From a virus (lineage: Duplodnaviria > Caudoviricetes), in IMG/VR virus record IMGVR_UViG_2912765049_000001, positions 1-64,000 of that record: a DNA stretch of 64,000 bases; one strand, written 5' to 3'. The notes under the pieces were generated by a model, which was given only the letters and a program-made list of their open reading frames with translations, made no database searches and was not told where the DNA came from. Position numbers and translations under genes: made by a program. This document shows positions 18,972 to 28,816 of the stretch, in pieces; position 1 is the stretch's first letter; the number at the start of each line of letters is the position of its first letter.

Positions 18972-19606
18972 GCAGCCACCTCCAGCGACTGCACCGCGCG
19001 CGTGGACGTGCCGACGTGGACGCCGAGGTACTCCGCGACGTCGATGTGCCGGGCGCCGCTTCCGCGCAGGCGCCTGATCTCGTCGGCGTGGTCGTCGCGC
19101 AGCCGCTGCCACAGCGGGCGCCGGTCCCGGGAGGCGCGCCGGGCCAGGGCCTTGCCGCTGCCCCCGACCCACCACAGCGCGACCCGCACCGTGATCGCGT
19201 CCACCGTCAGGCCCTCGCCGGTGAGGATCTCCGCCATCCGCCGCGGCGCGTGACCGCCGTTGCGCAGCTTGTGCAGCCGGTAGCGCCAGCTCGGCGAGAG
19301 GAGCTGCTCGGCGCGCTCCAAGTCGGGGCGCTCACCGATGAGTTCGGCGACCTTCAGCACGCGTCGCTGGGCCTCGTCCAGGCCGCCGACCATGCCCTCC
19401 GTCTCGGCGATGCCGCCCGCGGCACGGTCGGTGAGGCACGCGACGCGGACCGGGCAGGTCAGGCAGATCTCCCGGGCGCGGGCCTGCGCCGCCGGGCCGG
19501 GCTCGAAGAAGTCGTCGGCGTTGGTGGTGTGGCAGGCGCTGCGCTGCGCCCAGTGGCTGCCCTTGGCCGCGGCGGGGCGGCCGGTGAGGACGGCGGCGGG
19601 GGTCAT
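18968..19606 (-). CDS. WhiB-like Fe-S regulator with C-terminal HTH extension
   Basis: WAQRSAC...FF...AREICLTCPVRVACL...GMVGGL. Confidence 0.85.
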   Translation of the reverse strand: MTPAAVLTGRPAAAKGSHWAQRSACHTTNADDFFEPGPAAQARAREICLTCPVRVACLTDRAAGGIAETEGMVGGLDEAQRRVLKVAELIGERPDLERAEQLLSPSWRYRLHKLRNGGHAPRRMAEILTGEGLTVDAITVRVALWWVGGSGKALARRASRDRRPLWQRLRDDHADEIRRLRGSGARHIDVAEYLGVHVGTSTRAVQSLEVAA

Positions 19607-20049
19607 GCTGCTGCTCCCAGGGGGTCGAGAAGGGTGAGGTGGTCGGGGGCCATCTGGGTAAGGTCCGTGACCACGAGGACGAGTTGGGGGCCGGTCTTGA
19701 GGACCTCGCCGAGGCGCATGTCGGGGCCGATGACGCGGGTGGCGTCGTCGTCGGTGAGCACGCCGGCGTCGACGACTCCGTCGAGCGCGGCCTTCGCCGA
19801 GGGGTACCAGTTGCCCGGGTCGCGGCGACGCCGGTCCTTCGCCCGCAGGTAGCAGGTGACGTAGGCGCGCTCGAGGTGCGGCACACGGGCGACCTGGGCC
19901 GCGATGCGGGCGGCCTGCCGCAGGGCGCGGGTCCGATCCGAGCGCTGTAGGTGGTGCAGCCGCTCGTTGCTGGTCATCAGGGTGAGCCCGGTAGGCAGTT
20001 CGATGCGCCAGGTGCGCGCAGGACCGGGAGTCAGTTCCGTCACGGTCAT
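19603..20049 (-). CDS. RusA-like Holliday junction resolvase
   Basis: TSNER, RRRDPGNWYPSAKAALDGVVDAGVLTDDD. Confidence 0.8.
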   Translation of the reverse strand: MTVTELTPGPARTWRIELPTGLTLMTSNERLHHLQRSDRTRALRQAARIAAQVARVPHLERAYVTCYLRAKDRRRRDPGNWYPSAKAALDGVVDAGVLTDDDATRVIGPDMRLGEVLKTGPQLVLVVTDLTQMAPDHLTLLDPLGAAA

Positions 20050-21254
20050 CGGCCCGCCTCCGCTCGGGCAGCCGCCGGACGCACCTCGGGGAACTCCTGG
20101 TGGACGCGGCCGTCGAGTTCGTGGCCCGCCGCCTTCTTGCCGACGCTGTAGAGCTGGGTGAGGTTGGCCCGCTGGTGCCCGGCCCGGATGGCTTCGCCGT
20201 AGCGGGGGCCGTCCGGGTAGGCCAGGTCGCCGGGGGCGTACACCGTGCCGTCGTTGGCGAGGGTCACGCCCTGGCCGCGGGCGCCGCGCACGATCCGGCC
20301 CTCGCCGTCCAGCGGCGCCTCGAGGCCCCACTGTCCCCACTGTTTGAACCAGTAGCGCACCCCGGAGTGGGCGCACTGGTCGCGCAGGAGGCGGAACCAG
20401 TCGGGGTGCGCCGGGCGGGCACCCGGGCCGGACTCGCCGCCGGCGACCACCCAGTCGAGCCGGGGGCCGGTGACGAGCGGGTGCATCACCAGGCCGGTGC
20501 CCGTGGTGTACCCCTCGCCCAGGCCAGGGCGTCCGTCGAGCCAGTAGGTCAGCTTCCTGCGCCCGCCGTCCGGGTGCACAGGGCCGCAGAGGTCGATCGG
20601 GCCGAGCAGCGGTTCGGCGCTTATCCACCGTACGGCGGCCGGGGTCTCGAGGAGGGCGGGGATCCGCATGTCGGCCGTCTTCTGATCTTCCACGGACACG
20701 CCGAGCCAGAGGTTGGGCAGCTGCCGGAGCTGGTCGAAGGTGGCGGGGTCGCAGACGCTGGCGCCTTCCTCGATCCACTCCTCGGCGCCGCGGTGCCGGT
20801 AGGCGTCCTGGCGTGCGTGCCGCCCGACTTCCTGCCAGAACTCGCGCTTGCCGAGCAGGGACCGCATCCGGCCGTGCCGCTTGGTGAGGACCTGGTACGT
20901 GTGCCGGGGCGTCACGGCGATGACCGCGAAGATGCGGGCGATGAATTCCTCGGGAACCTGCTCGTGGAACAGGTCGCTCTGCGAGTTGACGAACACCCGC
21001 AGCGGCTTGCGCCACCTCAGCGGATCGGTGAGACGGTCCTCCACCAGGTTGACCTGGCCGGTCCAGTCGAGGCGCCCATCGGTCGTGTGGACGGTTCCGG
21101 CGTACGCCGCTGCGATCTTCGGGTTGGGGTTGTAGGTCCGGATGTTCGCGGTACGGATCGCGTAACAGCCGTCGCAGCCGGACGAGACTCGGGTGCAGCC
21201 GATGATGGGGCCCCACGTCTTGTTCGCCCACTCAATGGCGGTGTTCGTCGACAC
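20046..21254 (-). CDS. phage Gp37/Gp68 (DUF5131) family protein
   Basis: IEW..KTW.PIIGCTRVSSGCDGCYA, FVNSQSDLFH, YQVLTKR, ISAEPLLG, WVVAGGESG and FKQWG motifs. Confidence 0.93.
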   Translation of the reverse strand: MSTNTAIEWANKTWGPIIGCTRVSSGCDGCYAIRTANIRTYNPNPKIAAAYAGTVHTTDGRLDWTGQVNLVEDRLTDPLRWRKPLRVFVNSQSDLFHEQVPEEFIARIFAVIAVTPRHTYQVLTKRHGRMRSLLGKREFWQEVGRHARQDAYRHRGAEEWIEEGASVCDPATFDQLRQLPNLWLGVSVEDQKTADMRIPALLETPAAVRWISAEPLLGPIDLCGPVHPDGGRRKLTYWLDGRPGLGEGYTTGTGLVMHPLVTGPRLDWVVAGGESGPGARPAHPDWFRLLRDQCAHSGVRYWFKQWGQWGLEAPLDGEGRIVRGARGQGVTLANDGTVYAPGDLAYPDGPRYGEAIRAGHQRANLTQLYSVGKKAAGHELDGRVHQEFPEVRPAAARAEAGR

Positions 21255-21714
21255 GGCTGTCCTCCTCCTTGGGGAGTGTGTGGCTCAGGAACGAGAGGTC
21301 GAGGTCAGGCCGCGGGTGCCACAGGCTGAGCGAGCCGGTGTAGGGGATCGGCTCGATGGCGCGCAGGTCGGCGATCTGCCAGTGGAAGATCGGGTCCAGG
21401 ACCGTGGGGTCACCCCAGGGGGCGCAGCAGCCGCCCTTCTCCTCGTGGCATTCGGCCAGCCGTCCGTACGCGACGATCGCGCCAGTGACGAAGTCGTCGA
21501 GGTCGGGTACGTCGGGAAGCGCGGTGATCCGCGGATCGCTCAGGGCGTCGCGGTCGACCTTCTGGCCGGCGTGCAGCAGCACCGTGGCGCCGAGCAGGGC
21601 GGGCGGGATGGGCCAGGTCCGGTTCTCGATGTTCTTGCCGCCTGGCTGCAGCAGCGCCCAGGGCCAGGGCTGTTTTACCGTCAGGCCGCGTACGGCGGGG
21701 GCGAGTTCAGGCAT
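21232..21714 (-). CDS. ASCH domain protein
   Basis: LTVKQPWPWAL...GKNIENRTW...LLHAG. Confidence 0.85.
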   Translation of the reverse strand: MPELAPAVRGLTVKQPWPWALLQPGGKNIENRTWPIPPALLGATVLLHAGQKVDRDALSDPRITALPDVPDLDDFVTGAIVAYGRLAECHEEKGGCCAPWGDPTVLDPIFHWQIADLRAIEPIPYTGSLSLWHPRPDLDLSFLSHTLPKEEDSRVDEHRH

Positions 21715-22252
21715 GGGTGAACTCCCTGGCTGCGTAGGCGAGCAGCTGCTCGGCGGTGTCCTCGGTGACGTACAGCCGGGTGCCGATCTGCGCCGGGGTG
21801 AGGCCGAGGTGGGCGAGCGCGACCGCTTCGGTCGCCCAGACCCGCACCCGGTCGGCGACCGGCACGTAGGAGCGTCCGACGCTCAGGGCTTGGCCCTTGG
21901 CGCGCTGCGCGTGGCGATCGCGGTGGGCGTCGTACGCCGTGACGCAGCGGTGGCAGTAGCAGCCGTGCGTCGGGACCCCGGCGGTGGTGCCGTGCCACTT
22001 CTCCTTGCCGGTGTACAGGCTGCGGCCCTCGCGGGATGGGGGCAGCCAGTCCTCCGCCAGTTCGGTCACCTTCCGCGGGGCGCTGGCCTCGGTGACCTGC
22101 TCGGGGCACGGTTGAGGGCAGCCCGCGCACAGCGTGGCTGCCGTACGGCGGGCGGCGGCCTGGGCTTCGGACCCCTCGTCCTCGAACAGGGCGTCCCACA
22201 CGTCGAGTCGGTCCGTGCACGGCAGGGTGACGGCGACGGTCGCGGCCGTCAC
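21707..22252 (-). CDS. degenerate WhiB-like / Cys-rich protein with C-terminal HTH
   Basis: LPC...LF...AATLCAGCPQPC; HGTTAG...GCYCHRC; LGLTPAQIGTRLYVT. Confidence 0.6.
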   Translation of the reverse strand: MTAATVAVTLPCTDRLDVWDALFEDEGSEAQAAARRTAATLCAGCPQPCPEQVTEASAPRKVTELAEDWLPPSREGRSLYTGKEKWHGTTAGVPTHGCYCHRCVTAYDAHRDRHAQRAKGQALSVGRSYVPVADRVRVWATEAVALAHLGLTPAQIGTRLYVTEDTAEQLLAYAAREFTHA

Positions 22253-22509
22253 GATCGCTTCCCGTGGGTGCACGTGCCCTGGAAGCAGGGCAGGGCACGC
22301 TCGCGCCACTCCTGCTTCGTCAGGCGCTCCATGGTCCATCCTTCGGCCGCTTCCCGGCGCCGGTCGGCGACCTTGGGGACGAACTGCTTGTGGGCGTCCT
22401 CGGCGAGCGGGCCGATCTCGTCGACGTAGGAGGAACTCTGGGCGCAGCCCTGGGGGTCGAAGCGCACCCAGTGATCGCTCCCAGTGGCGGTGCTGGTCGC
22501 GCTGGTCAC
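22249..22509 (-). CDS. hypothetical protein
   Basis: coupled overlaps on both sides. Confidence 0.6.
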   Translation of the reverse strand: MTSATSTATGSDHWVRFDPQGCAQSSSYVDEIGPLAEDAHKQFVPKVADRRREAAEGWTMERLTKQEWRERALPCFQGTCTHGKRS

Positions 22510-23309
22510 TGCTCACCGCCCGGCCGCTGAGGGCTCTGGCTGTTCTGCAGCGCCTCGATCTCCTTGTCGAGGCGGATCCCCTCGAGGCCGGCGACCTCTT
22601 CGCCGAGGGTGAGCGCGGCGTCCATGGTGTGCGCGTACGCCGCGGCGGCGCCGAGGTCGCTGATGTAGTGCCAGTCCCCGTCGTGCCAGGCCCGCTTGCC
22701 GGTGAAGGCGCCGTCGGTGATGGCCCAGCGGTCGTCGTACGGGCCCGGGCCGCGCTCGACGGTCACCTCGGCGTACCCGCCGAGCCGGTTCTTCACCGGG
22801 ATCCGGAACTCGCGCACCAGCTGCAGCCGGGCGTCCAGCTCCTCGGCGCGGTCGGCGAGCCAGGCGATCGACTCGGCGAGGGGGGCGTCCGGGTCGGTGG
22901 GGACCCGGCGCGGCTGCCCGGCCGGGGCGATCACCTCGCCGACGGCGTCCAGCGTCTGCTCGGCCGTCTCGGCGCGCTGGTGCTGCTCGGCGACGATGTC
23001 GAGCAGGCGGGGGACGTCGGTGCGGGAGTGCGCCATGAACGTGCCGTCGGACAGGAGCTGCGCGTAGTCCTGCTCCTCGGTCCAGTCGTCATGGTCGTCG
23101 ATGTTGTCGATCGGTTCCTCGTCGAGGCGGGCGATCTGACGGCGGCACCGGTAGCCGGTGTCGGTCTCCTGCAGGCCGGCGACCACCTCGACCATCGTGC
23201 CCTGGTCGTAGACACCCCAGTCGCCGTCGGTGGCGGCGGCCTGCCGGGCGTCGACCTCGGTGAGGTAGGCGGCGTGCCGGGCGGGGTAGGTCCGGGAGTT
23301 CTCGGTCAT
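22506..23309 (-). CDS. hypothetical protein, Ead/Ea22-like N-terminal motif
   Basis: AATDGDW...FMAHSRTDVPRLL. Confidence 0.65.
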   Translation of the reverse strand: MTENSRTYPARHAAYLTEVDARQAAATDGDWGVYDQGTMVEVVAGLQETDTGYRCRRQIARLDEEPIDNIDDHDDWTEEQDYAQLLSDGTFMAHSRTDVPRLLDIVAEQHQRAETAEQTLDAVGEVIAPAGQPRRVPTDPDAPLAESIAWLADRAEELDARLQLVREFRIPVKNRLGGYAEVTVERGPGPYDDRWAITDGAFTGKRAWHDGDWHYISDLGAAAAYAHTMDAALTLGEEVAGLEGIRLDKEIEALQNSQSPQRPGGEQ

Positions 23310-23869
23310 GCGGTGAGGTCCTCGTCTCCGGTGCACTCCTCGGCCTCGCGGCGCACCGCCGCCAGGTCGTCGGGGTGCTTGAGGGGCTTGGTGTGGATGT
23401 GGTCGTGGCGGCAGCGGCTGCGGGCGTGCAGGCAGCCGTCGGTGAAGTGCAGGTCGGTGAAGTCGTCGACGAGCGCGATGGCGTTGCCGTCCTCGTCGCC
23501 GGTCCAGTCGCCCGGCTCGACGGGCACGTTGTCGTGGCCGGCCGTGCCCCAGACGAGCGTGGTGTTGGTCCACGCCTCGTATGCGGCGGCCTGGCCGGGG
23601 CTCTGCTCGGACAGGTCGGGCGTGGGGGCCTCGAGCGGGTTGAGCGGGCCGGCCTGGTCCACGCGCAGGCGGGCGGCGAAGTCCGCGCTCGCGGCGGCGG
23701 TCAGCAGCGCCAGGCCGAGCTCCTGAAGCGCGTATGGGTCGCCCTCGATGGCGCCGAACGGACCGGTGACGACTCCCTGGTACATGCCGTGCTGGCCGGG
23801 CCGGGTGTCGACCTCGTAGTGCTCGTCCCGGTCGGGGTCGAGCGCGGTCACGGAGATGGTGCCGTTCAT
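23306..23869 (-). CDS. hypothetical protein
   Basis: coupled overlaps, GC3 bias. Confidence 0.65.
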   Translation of the reverse strand: MNGTISVTALDPDRDEHYEVDTRPGQHGMYQGVVTGPFGAIEGDPYALQELGLALLTAAASADFAARLRVDQAGPLNPLEAPTPDLSEQSPGQAAAYEAWTNTTLVWGTAGHDNVPVEPGDWTGDEDGNAIALVDDFTDLHFTDGCLHARSRCRHDHIHTKPLKHPDDLAAVRREAEECTGDEDLTA

Positions 23870-24186
23870 CCCTCTCCCCCGCTCGGGCTCAGGGTGCCGG
23901 AGCGGCCGGCGTCGATGACCTTGGCCGCGGCGGCCACCTCGGAGGCGATGTGCAGTTCCTGGGCCAGGCGGGCGAGTTCGGTGGCGTCGCCCTCGAGGAC
24001 GACGCCGCCGAAAGTCAGCCGGCCGAGGTAGTTGCCGTCCCAGTCCGGGACCGTCTCGGCGTCGATGGCGGTGTCGTCGTGCAGGCGGACGTAGACCGGG
24101 GCGGGCTGGCTCGGCTTCGGCATCAGCAGCCGGTCGGCGAGGCGCTGCAGTTGGTGCTGCAGGCGGCGGAGCAGGCGCGTGTACAT
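23866..24186 (-). CDS. hypothetical protein
   Basis: GAGGAG RBS, ATG 24186. Confidence 0.6.
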   Translation of the reverse strand: MYTRLLRRLQHQLQRLADRLLMPKPSQPAPVYVRLHDDTAIDAETVPDWDGNYLGRLTFGGVVLEGDATELARLAQELHIASEVAAAAKVIDAGRSGTLSPSGGEG

Positions 24187-24208
24187 GGGGCGGTGATCTC
24201 CTCGGCGG

Positions 24209-24451
24209 TCAGGCCCGGCCGCGGCGGGTACGGAAGGCGGTCTCCACACGGCGGTCGAAGTCCAGGCCGGCGCGGTAGCCGTCGGCGTACTCGGCGTCGG
24301 CGAACTCCGTGATCCAGGCCAGGCGGACGGCGACGACGTCCGCCGCGGTGTTCGCGGCGTCGTCGCGGCCGGCCTCCAGGCCCGAGACGTACGGCGGCAG
24401 CGCGTCGACGGCGGCCGGGGCGGTGGTGGTGTTCACGGTCGGGGTGCTCAT
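24209..24451 (-). CDS. hypothetical protein
   Basis: AGGAG RBS. Confidence 0.6.
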   Translation of the reverse strand: MSTPTVNTTTAPAAVDALPPYVSGLEAGRDDAANTAADVVAVRLAWITEFADAEYADGYRAGLDFDRRVETAFRTRRGRA

Positions 24452-24472
24452 GGCGTGGCTCCTGTGTCGGCT

Positions 24473-24739
24473 TCAGGGGCGGACGGTGTGGTTGGCCAGT
24501 CCGCGCGCCCAGGCGAGGCGCGCGCGGTGCAGGTCCGGGTCGGTGCGCAGGGTCGAGGCGGCGTCGGCGATGTACACGGCGGCGACCTCGCGGTCGAGGG
24601 AGGCGAGCTGCAGCTCCGTGTGGCGGGCGGCCTGGAGCGCGGTGGCCTGGTCGACGGGCTTGGTGTGGTCGAGGGCAGCCAGGTACAGGGACATGACGGT
24701 CCGGCAGGTGCCGGGGGTGGTGCGTCGGGCGGTGAGCAT
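24473..24739 (-). CDS. hypothetical protein
   Basis: AGGAG RBS. Confidence 0.6.
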   Translation of the reverse strand: MLTARRTTPGTCRTVMSLYLAALDHTKPVDQATALQAARHTELQLASLDREVAAVYIADAASTLRTDPDLHRARLAWARGLANHTVRP

Positions 24740-24803
24740 GGCGGGGTCTCCTGTCCGCCGGTGCTCGGGTCGGCCGCCGCTCGGCCGCCGACTCGGGCTC
24801 CGG

Positions 24804-25220
24804 TCAGGCGGCGGCCGTGGCGGCCTGCGGGTCGAGGGCCTCGGCGGTGCGCAGCAGGCGGCCCATCACCTGGGTGCGGGTGGGCGGCTGCGCCTGCCGG
24901 AACGGGGCGGTCGCGGCCCAGTGGGAGACGCGGTCGATGACCTCGTCGGGGCCGTCCGTCTCTGGCATGGTCACCTCGGGGCCGAGGGCGTCGTACACGG
25001 CGCGGATCGCGGCCATCGCCCAGGCGCTGCTCTTGATGGCCTCGGTGGCGGCGACGGTGTCGGTGCGGAAGACCTCCGGCAGGACGCAGGTGGCGCCCTG
25101 GTACAGCGCGGCGCAGAGGTCGAGGGAGCCGTCCGGGCCGACGTAGCTGTCGTCGCCGGTGTACAGGCCGTGCTTCTCGATCAGTTCGACGGCGCGGCGC
25201 AGGTGGTCGGCGGTCTTCAT
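24804..25220 (-). CDS. hypothetical protein (DUF6197-like)
   Basis: ADHLRRAVELIEKHG...GSLDLCAAL...RTQVMGRLLRTA pattern; GGAGAGG RBS. Confidence 0.6.
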   Translation of the reverse strand: MKTADHLRRAVELIEKHGLYTGDDSYVGPDGSLDLCAALYQGATCVLPEVFRTDTVAATEAIKSSAWAMAAIRAVYDALGPEVTMPETDGPDEVIDRVSHWAATAPFRQAQPPTRTQVMGRLLRTAEALDPQAATAAA

Positions 25221-25389
25221 GGCGGGGCCTCTCCAGCCGTGGTGGGGCGGACGTGCGCGGTTGGTGCGGCCGGACGCGCGGGTGGGTGCCGCCGCGCGTC
25301 CGGCCTGGAGGGTCCGGCTCGGCCCCCGGGATCCCCCCGGGGGGTGGAGGCTCAACCGGGCGGGGCCGAGCCGGAGTTTGGGTGGGCCG

Positions 25390-25773
25390 CTAGTCCCAGC
25401 GGGACTCGAAGGTGGTGTCGTCGCGGCCGTAGTTCTCGTCGTTGGCCAGGGACCAGGCGTGGGCGTGCTCGCCGCAGAGCGTGAGGCCCTCGGCCTCCTT
25501 CGCGTGGTCCGCGTTGAAGATCAGGCCGCATTCGTTGCACTCGGCGATCTCGGCCGTCGCGGGGAGGCTGATCCGGGCGTTCTGTGCCGCCTGCTGCGCG
25601 ATCGCCAGCCGCTCGACCTTGTCGCTGAGGCCGCCGTCGACGGTGGCGGCGCCGCCCTCGTAGCCGAGGAGTGCCATCAGGGCCCAGTGCAGGTCCTGGT
25701 CGTCCTTGCTGAGCTCGGCCAGGTTGCGCTCGGCGGGCAGCCCGATCGTGCGGTCGGGGGCTATGACAGCCAT
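25390..25773 (-). CDS. hypothetical protein with CxxC...CxxH zinc finger, first gene under cassette copy 5
   Basis: GAGG RBS; ECNEC...LCGEH. Confidence 0.65.
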   Translation of the reverse strand: MAVIAPDRTIGLPAERNLAELSKDDQDLHWALMALLGYEGGAATVDGGLSDKVERLAIAQQAAQNARISLPATAEIAECNECGLIFNADHAKEAEGLTLCGEHAHAWSLANDENYGRDDTTFESRWD

Positions 25774-25818
25774 CGAATCCTCGATCCGTAGCGGGGGTGT
25801 TCTCTGTCGGCGCTCCAG

Positions 25819-25856
25819 ACACTACGGGAAACCCAATACGTAAGCAAGGGGTTTGG
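25819..25856 (-). promoter_or_regulatory. conserved promoter/operator cassette copy 5
   Basis: core at 25829-25847; TTGCTT-N17-TAGTGT. Confidence 0.82.
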
Positions 25857-25870
25857 ATTGGGTGGACATG

Positions 25871-25900
25871 AAGAAACCCCCTCCGGGACTCCGGAGGGGG
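25871..25900 (-). terminator. intrinsic terminator insulating cassette copy 5
   Basis: CCCCCTCCGG-AGTC-CCGGAGGGGG followed by TTTCTT on the minus strand. Confidence 0.75.
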
Positions 25901-25963
25901 CGGTCGGGCGGCGGCAAGCCTACGAGACGTCAGGGAGCGGGCCAGGAGGGCGGGTTGGACCGG

Positions 25964-26215
25964 CTAGCTGTCCGCCTCCGCGTTCTCGTCCTGGCGCTCG
26001 CCGTGCAGGACGAGCATGTCGGACAGGGACACGAGGTGCCGGCGGCCTCGCTTCCAGATCCTCACGCCGGCGGCCTCCGCGTCGCGCCTGAGCGTGGAGT
26101 GCGAGACGGGATGACCGGTCGGCTGGAAGAACGCGGCTGCGGTGAAGAAGTCGACGAGGTCGTCCGGCGGAGGGGTGGGGGGCTGGGAGGACTGCATTAC
26201 ATAACCCGTCATCAA
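25964..26215 (-). CDS. small excisionase/MerR-like HTH protein
   Basis: LVDFFTAAAFF...VSHSTLRRDAEAAGV...KRGRRHLVSLSD. Confidence 0.55.
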   Translation of the reverse strand: MMTGYVMQSSQPPTPPPDDLVDFFTAAAFFQPTGHPVSHSTLRRDAEAAGVRIWKRGRRHLVSLSDMLVLHGERQDENAEADS

Positions 26216-26266
26216 GTCCGCGGCCCGCCCGGGCTGGCGGGCCGCGTAAGGGGCATCGGCTGGGTG

Positions 26267-26854
26267 CTAGCTGGCGATCCGCTGGACGCGCCGGCTCGCG
26301 CGCTCGGCAGCGAGCTGGGCCAGCGTCCACATCCGCGGCTGCCCCCGATCGGCGCAGTAACGGTTGACGCACATGGCGGCCTTGTGCGTGACCACCCAGA
26401 TCAGCCCCCAGGTGCGGCAGGCCGGGCAGGGCTCGCGCCGGATGACCTCGGTGTCCCCCATCAGCAGCGCCGAGGAAACGGCGTGCCGCCACTCCATCGC
26501 GACCAGGTACTCCTGCCAGTCGATGCCGAGGTCTTCGGCCTGGACCCGGGCCCGCTCGTACGCGGCGGCGCGGCTGGGCTGTCCGGGATCGACGGGCTGC
26601 GCGGGGGCTTGGCGGGCCGCTGCGATGAAGTCGGCGACCTCGCCGTCACAGGCGGCCAAGTGGTCCAACACCAGGGTGTTGGCTGGGGCGTTGCTGTGGA
26701 CCCGGGTGGCTGAGCGGCCGAGACTCGGTCCGGCGGCGGTCGAACCCGCGCGCTTCCAGTCGGCGCTGTCCAGTTCGTCGAGAAGGTCCGCTGGCTCCTG
26801 AACCCCGGTTTCCGGCCGCGCAGCCGCTGGCCCGATCATGTTCCCCACCCCCAT
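26267..26854 (-). CDS. hypothetical protein with C-terminal zinc ribbon (start uncertain)
   Basis: PCPACRTWGL...MCVNRYC. Confidence 0.6.
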   Translation of the reverse strand: MGVGNMIGPAAARPETGVQEPADLLDELDSADWKRAGSTAAGPSLGRSATRVHSNAPANTLVLDHLAACDGEVADFIAAARQAPAQPVDPGQPSRAAAYERARVQAEDLGIDWQEYLVAMEWRHAVSSALLMGDTEVIRREPCPACRTWGLIWVVTHKAAMCVNRYCADRGQPRMWTLAQLAAERASRRVQRIAS

Positions 26855-27027
26855 GGAGCGCCCGGCCCCGGGGCGTGCAGAGGGACGCGGCAGGGCGGAG
26901 CTACGCAATGATCTGTAAGCGTTCTCTAAGCAGCCATCATGTCACGGGCACATGCGTTCGGTAAGAAATTACCTGCGCGTATTCAGCACTGGCCTGCACT
27001 GTTACAGAACGGGGACAAGACGTGGCC

Positions 27028-27390
27028 TCATCGACCTGACGGGGAGTCCCCCACGAAGTCCGGTGCACGGACCGCCTCAACGGCGAGCCCCGACAGATAG
27101 GTCGCCTGCGAGTCGCTCAACACGCCGGCGGCGCGGGCCCCGTCTATCAGCAGGCCGAATCCAGCCGCCGTGATGCGGTGCGCCTCGGCCGTGGCCGGGT
27201 CGGTCAGGGTGCGACCCATGTCCCCGAAGATCTTCTCCCACCAGGCGGCGACCTGGAGGTCGGTGGGACGACCGTCGCCACCGGCGCTCGCCACCGGCCG
27301 GAGCGGGATCACGGCTGCCTCCGGGGAAGGCTGGCGGATCACGCCGTGCTCCTTGCCAGGTTCGTCTCGCGCGGCCAGGCTGGGGCCCAT
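27028..27390 (-). CDS. hypothetical protein
   Basis: AGGTGGAG RBS before ATG. Confidence 0.5.
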   Translation of the reverse strand: MGPSLAARDEPGKEHGVIRQPSPEAAVIPLRPVASAGGDGRPTDLQVAAWWEKIFGDMGRTLTDPATAEAHRITAAGFGLLIDGARAAGVLSDSQATYLSGLAVEAVRAPDFVGDSPSGR

Positions 27391-27964
27391 TACTCCACCT
27401 TCTTCCGGCAGGCTTCTTCGGGTTCACACGGTTCGGCCGCCGGTGGCCTCCGTGCCGAGCCAGAGTGTCAAGATCCACCTGGATGCACCAGGGGGCAGGG
27501 TCAACTTGTCAACAAAGTGATGTTCGGGGCAAGGACCTCGTGACGCTCTCCGGCAGATATGTGGGGGCGCCCCCACGTACGTGAGCTGCCGCGTCCGATG
27601 TTGCCGACAAAGAACACGCACCGCCGTACGAAGGGGCGCCAGAGACCCACCAGGGAGGTGCGCACACCCCCCGGTGACACGGGGAGTGTATCGCGCGTTG
27701 GTTCCAACCAACACTGATCTTTGGTTTTGTGATGGTTGAGAGTGGGGAAACACGGCGAACACGCCGCCCGGCCTCTCCCCCGGCCGCCGGAGTGATTGCC
27801 CCGCAATCACCGAACTCCCCGCCCTTGCCGCGGACTGCGCCACGGCCCGGCCGCCGAAACGACCGGGCCGTGGCGCGTGCGTGATTGCGGGGCAATCACT
27901 TCCTCGTCCTGCAGGCGACGTTCGCCCCTCTCCCCCCGTGGGTGATTGCCCCGCAATCACCCGC

Positions 27965-28816
27965 CTACTTCGAGATCCGCTTGAATCCCAGGCCCTTGGC
28001 CACCGAGAGGTAGTCGGCGGTGGCCTCGCCGGCGCGGTCGAAGTAGAGCAGCGGCTTCTGGTGGGCGTATGACTCCGGGATCTTCGTCGAGCGGCGGATG
28101 CCCGGCAGGACCAGGTCCCCGTATGCCTCCTCCACCATCTTCTTGCCGTCGTCCCAGACAGCTCCCTGGGAGCGGGTGGTGGGAACGTCCACCAGGAGCA
28201 CGCCGACCAACTCGGCGTGGGCTCCGTACTCGCCCCAGGTCTCCTTCACCAGCTCGATCTTCTGCTCGATGCGGGTGAGGCCGCGGAGTTCCTTCAGGCC
28301 GGGCTTGATGCATGCGACGATCTCGTCACTGGCCAGGATGGCGCCGATCACGACCAGGCCGAGGTTCCCGGGGCAGTCGATGATGATGACGTCGTAGTCG
28401 CCCTTGATGGGGGCGAGCAGGTTCTTCAGCCACAGCTCGCGGGCCATGGCCGTCGTCAGATGCTGCTCGGCGTTCTCCATCTCGTGCGATCCGAGCACCA
28501 GATACAGGTTGTCGATGACCTTCGTGTCGGGCCCGCCGAGCGGACCGGCGAGGGCCGGCACGATCGCCTCCGAGAGCTTCACGCTCTTGTCGGTGAGGCA
28601 GTCATAGATGGTCTTCTGGTCCTCGAGCTGGTCGGGGAAGGCGTAGCCGAGCTGGTACGACGCGTCGCACTGGTCATCGCCGTCGACGACCAGAACCTTC
28701 CAGCCGAACTCGGCCAGCTGCGCGCCGAGGTTCACGCCTGAGGTGCTCTTGCCGGACCCCCCGACCTGGTTGGTCATCGAGATGATCCGGGGAACGCGTT
28801 CTGCCTGGACGGTCAT
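27965..28816 (-). CDS. parA: ParA family partition ATPase
   Basis: NQVGGSGKST, VLVVDGDDQCDAS, YDVIIIDCPGNLG and IRRSTKIPES motifs; GGAG RBS. Confidence 0.92.
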   Translation of the reverse strand: MTVQAERVPRIISMTNQVGGSGKSTSGVNLGAQLAEFGWKVLVVDGDDQCDASYQLGYAFPDQLEDQKTIYDCLTDKSVKLSEAIVPALAGPLGGPDTKVIDNLYLVLGSHEMENAEQHLTTAMARELWLKNLLAPIKGDYDVIIIDCPGNLGLVVIGAILASDEIVACIKPGLKELRGLTRIEQKIELVKETWGEYGAHAELVGVLLVDVPTTRSQGAVWDDGKKMVEEAYGDLVLPGIRRSTKIPESYAHQKPLLYFDRAGEATADYLSVAKGLGFKRISK

